64,000 nt of DNA. Origin: Octopus vulgaris (taxonomy: Eukaryota). The position numbers and the translations under genes are program-made. Position 1 is the first letter of the stretch. Every line of letters begins with the position of its first letter. Below, in pieces: positions 57,412 to 64,000 of the stretch. The notes beneath the pieces are model-generated. The model was not told the DNA's origin, made no database searches, and was given only the letters and a program-made list of their open reading frames with translations. The stretch spans positions 2,666,001-2,730,000 of the forward strand of contig OX597833.1 in the NCBI GenBank assembly GCA_951406725.2. The letters are read 5' to 3'.

Positions 57412-57694
57412 GAGTTAGGCAGAAGGCCAATAATTAGGCCTTCTACTATTATATCACCATATATGGTCCTTATGTATGTACTACTAATTATTGGATCTTA
57501 ATGAGTGCTCAATATTTCAATATATGCTGAGCTGTTATATACTATCATGTATCTAAATGACTATTATATCTATTTTATGATTTCACTGAGGCATAGCAAG
57601 AGCTCAAAATACGTATGTTTTGGATAAAGCATCAGATGATACAGTATAATATCAATGAATGAATGACAAAAGGAGTTGCATAATTGCTTTCATT

Positions 57695-57770
57695 GGCTTA
57701 CAGTCGTTTCTGCTATAAAATGCATTGTGCTCATAGTGCTCATGTGCTCTCTTATAGCTTCCTCAGGGTT
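57695..57770 (-). ncRNA. Hammerhead motif (family of 28264)
   Basis: CTGAGGAA-GCTATAA...TTATAGCa-GAAAC GACT GTA-agcc; stem I mismatched. Confidence 0.5.
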
Positions 57771-57900
57771 ATTTAAAATCTATCCTTTCTATATATGTAG
57801 CTGCCATTTAACTGTTTTGTTACCATATTTCTCTCAAAAAATATTGCCTGTTTCAAATAATTTTGAAAATAATGAAAAATTCATTAAAATAATTTTTTCA

Positions 57901-58520
57901 TTAACCCTTTCATTACTGTATTTATTCTGAGATGCTCTGTATTTATTTCAATTAGTTTAAATATATCAAAGAATTTAGTAAAATAACTTAGTTATTGTTA
58001 AGCTAGTGTTAGGAACATAAATTGTGGCTAAAGTTTGGTGGAAGATATTAATTCAAAACTTATGAAAACAAGATATTTGTACTCAGAGCCAGAGGTGGTT
58101 TCAGCCAGGTTGGTATCAAAAGGATTAAGAATTGTTTCTCTATTATATATATTTTAACCCTTTTGTTACCATATTTCTGTTGAGATGCTCTGTGTTTCTT
58201 TCAATTAATTTTAAATATAACAAAGAATTTAGTAAAATAACTTAGTTATCATTCAGCTAGTGTTAGGAACATAAATTGTGACTAAGGTTTGGTTGAAGAT
58301 ATTAATTCAAAACTTGTGAAAACAAGATATTTGTACTATAGAGCCAGAGCCGGTTTCAGTCGGGTTAGTAACGAAAGGATTAAGCTGGTGTTTGACACAT
58401 AGATTAACATAGAATTTTGATGGATTTAATTCTGGTCACCTTGAAACTAGAATATCACAGAACCAAGTCTATCACAGAACCAAGGATGGCCTCAGGCACT
58501 TTGGTATCAAAAGGGTTAAA
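57901..58520. mobile_element. Tandem piggyBac-type MITEs (TTAA-CCCTTT termini)
   Basis: ~228-bp copies at 57901-58128 and 58154-58383 plus a further end at 58520; inverted copy at 34439-34896 carries a SINE insertion. Confidence 0.7.
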
Positions 58521-58979
58521 AATATATTGCATACTAAATATTACATTTACATAAAGGCAAATGACACAGTGGTTAGAGTGTCAAGCTCATGACCATGAGA
58601 TAGTGAGTTCAATCCTGGACCGAGCTGTGTGTTGTGTTCTTGAGCAAGACACTTTATTACACATAGGTCCAGTTCACTCAGCTGTAGAAATGAGTTACAA
58701 TGTGTCACTAGTGCCAAGCTGTATCGGCCCCTTTGCTTTTCCCTTGGAAAGGCAAAGAGTGGCATGGAGAGGGGAGGCTGGGATGCATGGGGGACTACTG
58801 GTCTTCCATAAACAACCTTGCTCGGACCTGTGTCTCGGAAGAGGGGAACTTTCTAGATGCAATCCCATGGGGTACAGCTGGACATCCCACTTGTTCTGGG
58901 ATGCATGGCCCAATGCTCTTCCATTTTCTGCTGTTTTACCCCCATTTTTCTCCCTTTTTTTTTGCTTTCCTTTGTTTTA

Positions 58980-59228
<249 letters not shown>

Positions 59229-59788
59229 TTATTTTTCATTATTTATTTGTTTCTGTCATTGGACTGCGACCATGCTGAAGCCAGTACTATTTGTTTTAAG
59301 GCTAGTATTTATTCATTGGACTGTGACCATGAAGCACACCATATTGAACAAATCAACCCCAGAAAGAAGTTTCTTTAAGAGTGACACTTATTCACTCACA
59401 AAGCATTGGTCAGACCCCAGTGCTTTGATAAAAGACACTTTCTCATGATTCCATGAAGTGGGATGGAACCTAAAACTACACGGTTGTAAAGCAGACACAT
59501 TTAACCACACAGCCACGCTTGTCCTATGACAGTTTACCCCTTTATTCTTATACTTGTATCGGTCATTTGACGGTGGCCATGCTGGAGCACTGCCTTGAAG
59601 GGTTTCTTTAGTCAAAAATATCGACCCCCCCCCCCGGGCATATTTTTTAAAGCCTAGTACTTATTCTATTGGTCCCTTTTTGGCGAACCACTAAGTTAGG
59701 TGGAAGTAAACATACCAACACCGGTTGACAAGCAGTGATGGGGGACAAACACAGACACAAAGACAAGCACACAAGCATACATACACAC

Positions 59789-59821
<33 letters not shown>

Positions 59822-60206
59822 CATGCATACATACATACATACATACATATACATACATATATATACGACTGGCTTCTTTCAGTTTCCATCTCACAAGGCT
59901 TTGGTCAGCCCAAGGCTATAGTAGAAGACACTTGCCCAAGATGCCACACAATGGGACTGAACCTGAAACCATGTGGCTGGTAAGCAAGCTACTTACCACA
60001 CAGCCACTCCAGCACCTATGTAGATTTCTTTGTGGTTTTTAGTTTAGGGTTCAGCTCAACTCCTTTTGTAATGACCTTTTAACAATCACCCAGGCCCCCA
60101 AACCCACCTCATCCCACTTCTGGTTTATTTAGAAACTGGAAATTGGCACACAAGGGCTTTTTTTTTATTTTTTTACTTCAAACACCTCTGGAAGTTTTAA
60201 ACTCAC

Positions 60207-60380
60207 CTTTTCTCCAATTTCTGTTTGATCACCTGCCGGAAGAATATCAAAATCTGAACGCAGAGCACATGCATCCACAATTGTGTCATATTTGTCAGAA
60301 AGGGGCTTCTCAAAGAGAATGTTGTTTTTCACAGTGTTATTCTGTATCCAGGCAGCTTGGGGCACAAAAGCTATTGATCC
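60207..60380 (-). CDS. ABCC1: ABCC1-like exon (NBD1 Q-loop)
   Basis: tag|..|gtgag; GSIAFVPQAAWIQNNTVKNNILF...LPAGDQTEIGEK; 174 nt. Confidence 0.95.
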
Positions 60381-60711
60381 CTATGAGAGCAAAAAAAAAA
60401 AAAAATTAAAATTAAATTAAAAAAACAGTTCTATATTTAGGAGATGAGGAATTATGCCCATGGGCATATGGTGTCACATCTATCACCCTTGATCTCTTAC
60501 TCTTACTCTTTTACTTGTTTCAGTCATTTGGCTGTGGCCATGCTGGAGCACCGCCTTTAGTCGAGCAAATCAACCCCAGGACTTATTATTTGTAAGCCTA
60601 GTACTTATGTGGGGACAAACACAGACACACAAACATATACACACACATACATATATATATGTATACATATTTATGGCACACAAACATATACACACACATC
60701 CATATATTGAG

Positions 60712-60754
<43 letters not shown>

Positions 60755-61814
60755 TATACAACAGGCTTCTTTCAGTTTCCGTTTCCTAAATCCACTCACA
60801 AGGCTTTGGTTGGCCCAAGGCTATAGTAGAAGAGACTTTCCCAAGGTGCCATGCAGTGGGACTGAACCCAGAACCATGTGGTTGGTAAGCAAGCTACTTA
60901 CTACACAGCCACTCCTACACCTACTCTGTTACATCTTTTACTTGTTTCAGTCATTTGACTGCGGCCATGCTCAACACCGCCTTTAGTCGAGCAAATCGAC
61001 CCCAGGACTTATTCTTTGTAAGCCCAGTACTTATTCTATCTGTCTCTTTTGCCGAACTGCTAAGTTACGGGGACGTAAACACACCAGCATCTGTTGTCAA
61101 GCAATGCTAGGGGGACAAACACACACACACAAAAACATACATATATACGACAGGCTTCATTCAGTTTCCGTCTACCAAATCCAGGCTCACAAGGCTTTGG
61201 TCGGCCTAGGATATAGCAGAAGACACTTAAAATAAAATGCCAGTTCTATATTTAGGAGATGAGGAATTATGCCATGTGGTTGGTAAACAAGCTACTTACC
61301 ACACAGCCACTCCTGATCATTTATTTATTTTTTTTTTTTTTTATTCTTGAGAGACTGGTAGGGTGAGGAAATGTGGAGGTTGTCCTGAAACAGAAAACCT
61401 GGCATACGAATGACTGCAACAGAGTGGGTTTCACTAAAGGCACCCATGAAGGCTATGCCAAGATGAAAGGCAAAGTTGACCTCGGCGGAATTTGAACTCA
61501 GAACGTAAAGACAGACGAAATACCTATTTCTTTACTACCCACAAAGGAGCTAAACACAGAGGGTACAAACAAGGACAGACAAATGGATTAAGTCAATTAC
61601 ATCGACCCCAGTGCGTAACTGGTACTTATTTAATTGACCCCAAAAGTATGAAAGACAAAGTCAACCTCGGTAGTATTTGAACTCAGAACGTATACCGCTA
61701 AATATTTTGCTTGGCGTGCTAACGTTTCTGCCAGCTCGCCACCTTAATGATGATGATGATGAGGATGAGGATGATGATGATGATGAAGGAATATATTTAA
61801 AATAGCATCCTCAC

Positions 61815-61941
61815 GTTCACTTGGACGGTTCCTTTCTTTTTGTTTAATTCTCCAATAATGGTGGACATCAAAGAGCTCTTGCCACAGCCGACAGGACCAA
61901 CAATGGCAGTGAGGCTACCCTTGGGTATCTCTAAGGTTATG
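61815..61941 (-). CDS. ABCC1: ABCC1/MRP1-like transporter exon (NBD1 Walker A); first exon visible in window
   Basis: cag|c..aac|gtgag; ITLEIPKGSLTAIVGPVGCGKSSLMSTIIGELNKKKGTVQVN; 127 nt. Confidence 0.93.
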
Positions 61942-62193
61942 CTGAAAGATAGAAAAGATGAAGCGAAATAGAAAATGAGTAGGAGGAGGTGGTCTGTGTG
62001 GATAAAGTAGGAAAGTGGGAAGGGAACCGTGTGTGTGTGAGCGGGGTGTAATACAAAGAAACGGGGATTTTTAAATATGAGCAGACACTTTACGAGTAGT
62101 CTGATAAAATCCAGACATGGCTAACCACATCGAATGATAGGAAGCATTTAGAATCATTGAGAGTAAGCAACTAAATTGTTCTCCCTTTGATTG

Positions 62194-62468
62194 CAGTTCT
62201 ATATTTAAGAGATGAGGAATTATGTACCTTGTTTACATTATTTACATTAGACAGATATTTGTCCTCATCTTGTTTGTTGTTAACACAACATTTCAGCTGA
62301 TATACCCTCCAGCCTTCATCAGGTGTCTTGGGGAAATTTCGAACCTGAGTTCTCATTTCTAAGGTATTTTTCAATGTTATTAGTATTATTATTATTATTC
62401 AGGTCACTGCCTGGAATCGAACTCAGAATCTTGGGGTTAGTAGCCCGCGCTCTTAACCACTATGCCAC
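62194..62468 (-). mobile_element. Third copy of the tRNA-headed hammerhead element
   Basis: Collinear with 54892-55502 but with a short (AAT)n. Confidence 0.75.
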
Positions 62469-63006
62469 ATGGAGGTGCAGGAGTGGCACTGTGGTAAGTA
62501 ACTCCCATGCAGTTGATAATATTTTGTTGTGTGTGTGTGTGTGTGTATACACTTTTTCAAGGAAAAGGTTAATATTTTGTTGCATCTTAGGAGGGAAGGT
62601 CATTACATTATTGATAAGGTCATGAATGACAATGAACGAACTTTGACAAACAACTAATCGACTGTTTAACAGACTGATTAAGCAAGCAACTGATAAGTCA
62701 GCTGACTATGTAGCTAACTAATTCACTAATAATAAGGAAGCGAAATAGAGCCTGTGTGTGTGTTCATTATTGGCATAAAGACCCTCCCAAGATAAAAAAA
62801 AACAAAGTATGTTTCATCACATGAATTTAAATCAAGAATCTTGCAAACCAAATACAACATGAATAAACATTTACTTTAGTAAAAAGTATTAAGTATTCTT
62901 TTAGTCTAGTGTAAAATTTTTTATCTAATATGTAATATAATATAAATATAAAATGTTTCTATGTAATATATAACAACATAAAAACAACAAATATTTATAT
63001 ATACAG

Positions 63007-63246
63007 GATCTTTACCTTTTGACCTACAGATTTAAGAAACAATGACAGTAATTTTATTCAGCTGAATACACGTCATTGATTGGTTGAAATTACCGAAATA
63101 CAAGAACTAACGTGAACTAACTTTGTAAATATAAGTTTTTCTCAAAAATGCTAAGAGTAAAAGATGTTTTATATGACACATTCTACCAGTGTCCAAAGTT
63201 TGAAAGTGTTTAGTTACAAAATCTGTCGGTCAAAAGGTTAAAGATC
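63007..63246. mobile_element. MITE with ~27-bp terminal inverted repeats
   Basis: gatctttaccttttgacctacagattt / aaatctgtcggtcaaaaggttaaagatc. Confidence 0.7.
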
Positions 63247-64000
63247 TTAATTACATTTAATTACAGGTTGGGTCAAAAGTCACGCACCAAAGCATTTTAC
63301 GTTTCATTTATATCAAATCATTGTTATTACTCTTTTACTCTTTTACTTGTTTCAGTCATTTGACTGCGGCCATGCTGGAGCACCGCCTTTAATCGAGCAA
63401 CTCGACCCCAGGACTTATTCTTTGTCAGCCCAGTACTTATTCTATCGGTCTCTTTTGCTGAACCGCTAGGTGACAGGGACATAAACACACCAGCATCGGT
63501 TGTCAAGCAATGCTAGGGGGGACAAACACAGACACACAAACATATACACACAACACATACATATATATATATACATATATACATATATACGACAGGCTTC
63601 TTTCAGTTTCCATCTACCAAATCCACTCACAAGACATTGGTCGGCCTGGGGCTATAGCAGAAGACACTCGCCCAAGATGCCATGCAGTGGGACTGAACCC
63701 GGAACCATGTGGTTGGTAAGCAAGCTACTTACCACACAGCCACTCCTGTTATTAATATTTTGAGAAGGAGAGAGAGAGAGTGATGGTGGGAGAGATGTGT
63801 GGAGTGAAGCGGTTTGATAAGAGGAGGACTGAGGAGTTGATGGGGATAGTGGGGTTGGAGGAATCGGTGGAGCAGCTGGCAAGGGCGAATGGAGGGCAGT
63901 GATGTGGACATGTGTTGAGGAGGGATGAGGAGCATGTTCTGAGGAGGGTGCTAGAGTTTGAGGTAAATGGACCACAAAAGCGAGGTAGACCAAGGAAAAT

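Overview
AT-rich, microsatellite-saturated animal genomic DNA, most likely an octopus (inferred from recalled octopus-type SINE families and repeat texture, not from a database search). One protein-coding gene is present: the 3' two-thirds of a minus-strand ABCC1/MRP1-like ABC transporter. Its 16 in-phase GT-AG exons run from NBD1 Walker A (61941) to the stop codon (21780); the 5' exons lie beyond the window end. There is one tRNA-His(GUG). The rest is SINEs, CR1-like LINE ends, MITEs, a Helitron and microsatellites. Most striking is a dense set of short elements, mostly sitting in (TA)n or (AAT)n tracts and often folded as long inverted repeats. They carry about 18 minimal type-I hammerhead ribozyme motifs from roughly a dozen unrelated families. 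These include cores with compensatory 3-8 swaps (A3-U8, G3-C8) and a tRNA-headed, hammerhead-bearing SINE/retrozyme-like family. Three decayed Penelope-like RT/GIY-YIG coding remnants point to the likely mobilising machinery. Nearly all ORFs in the supplied track are microsatellite or SINE artefacts. Structures and coordinates were read by eye; repeat boundaries are approximate.
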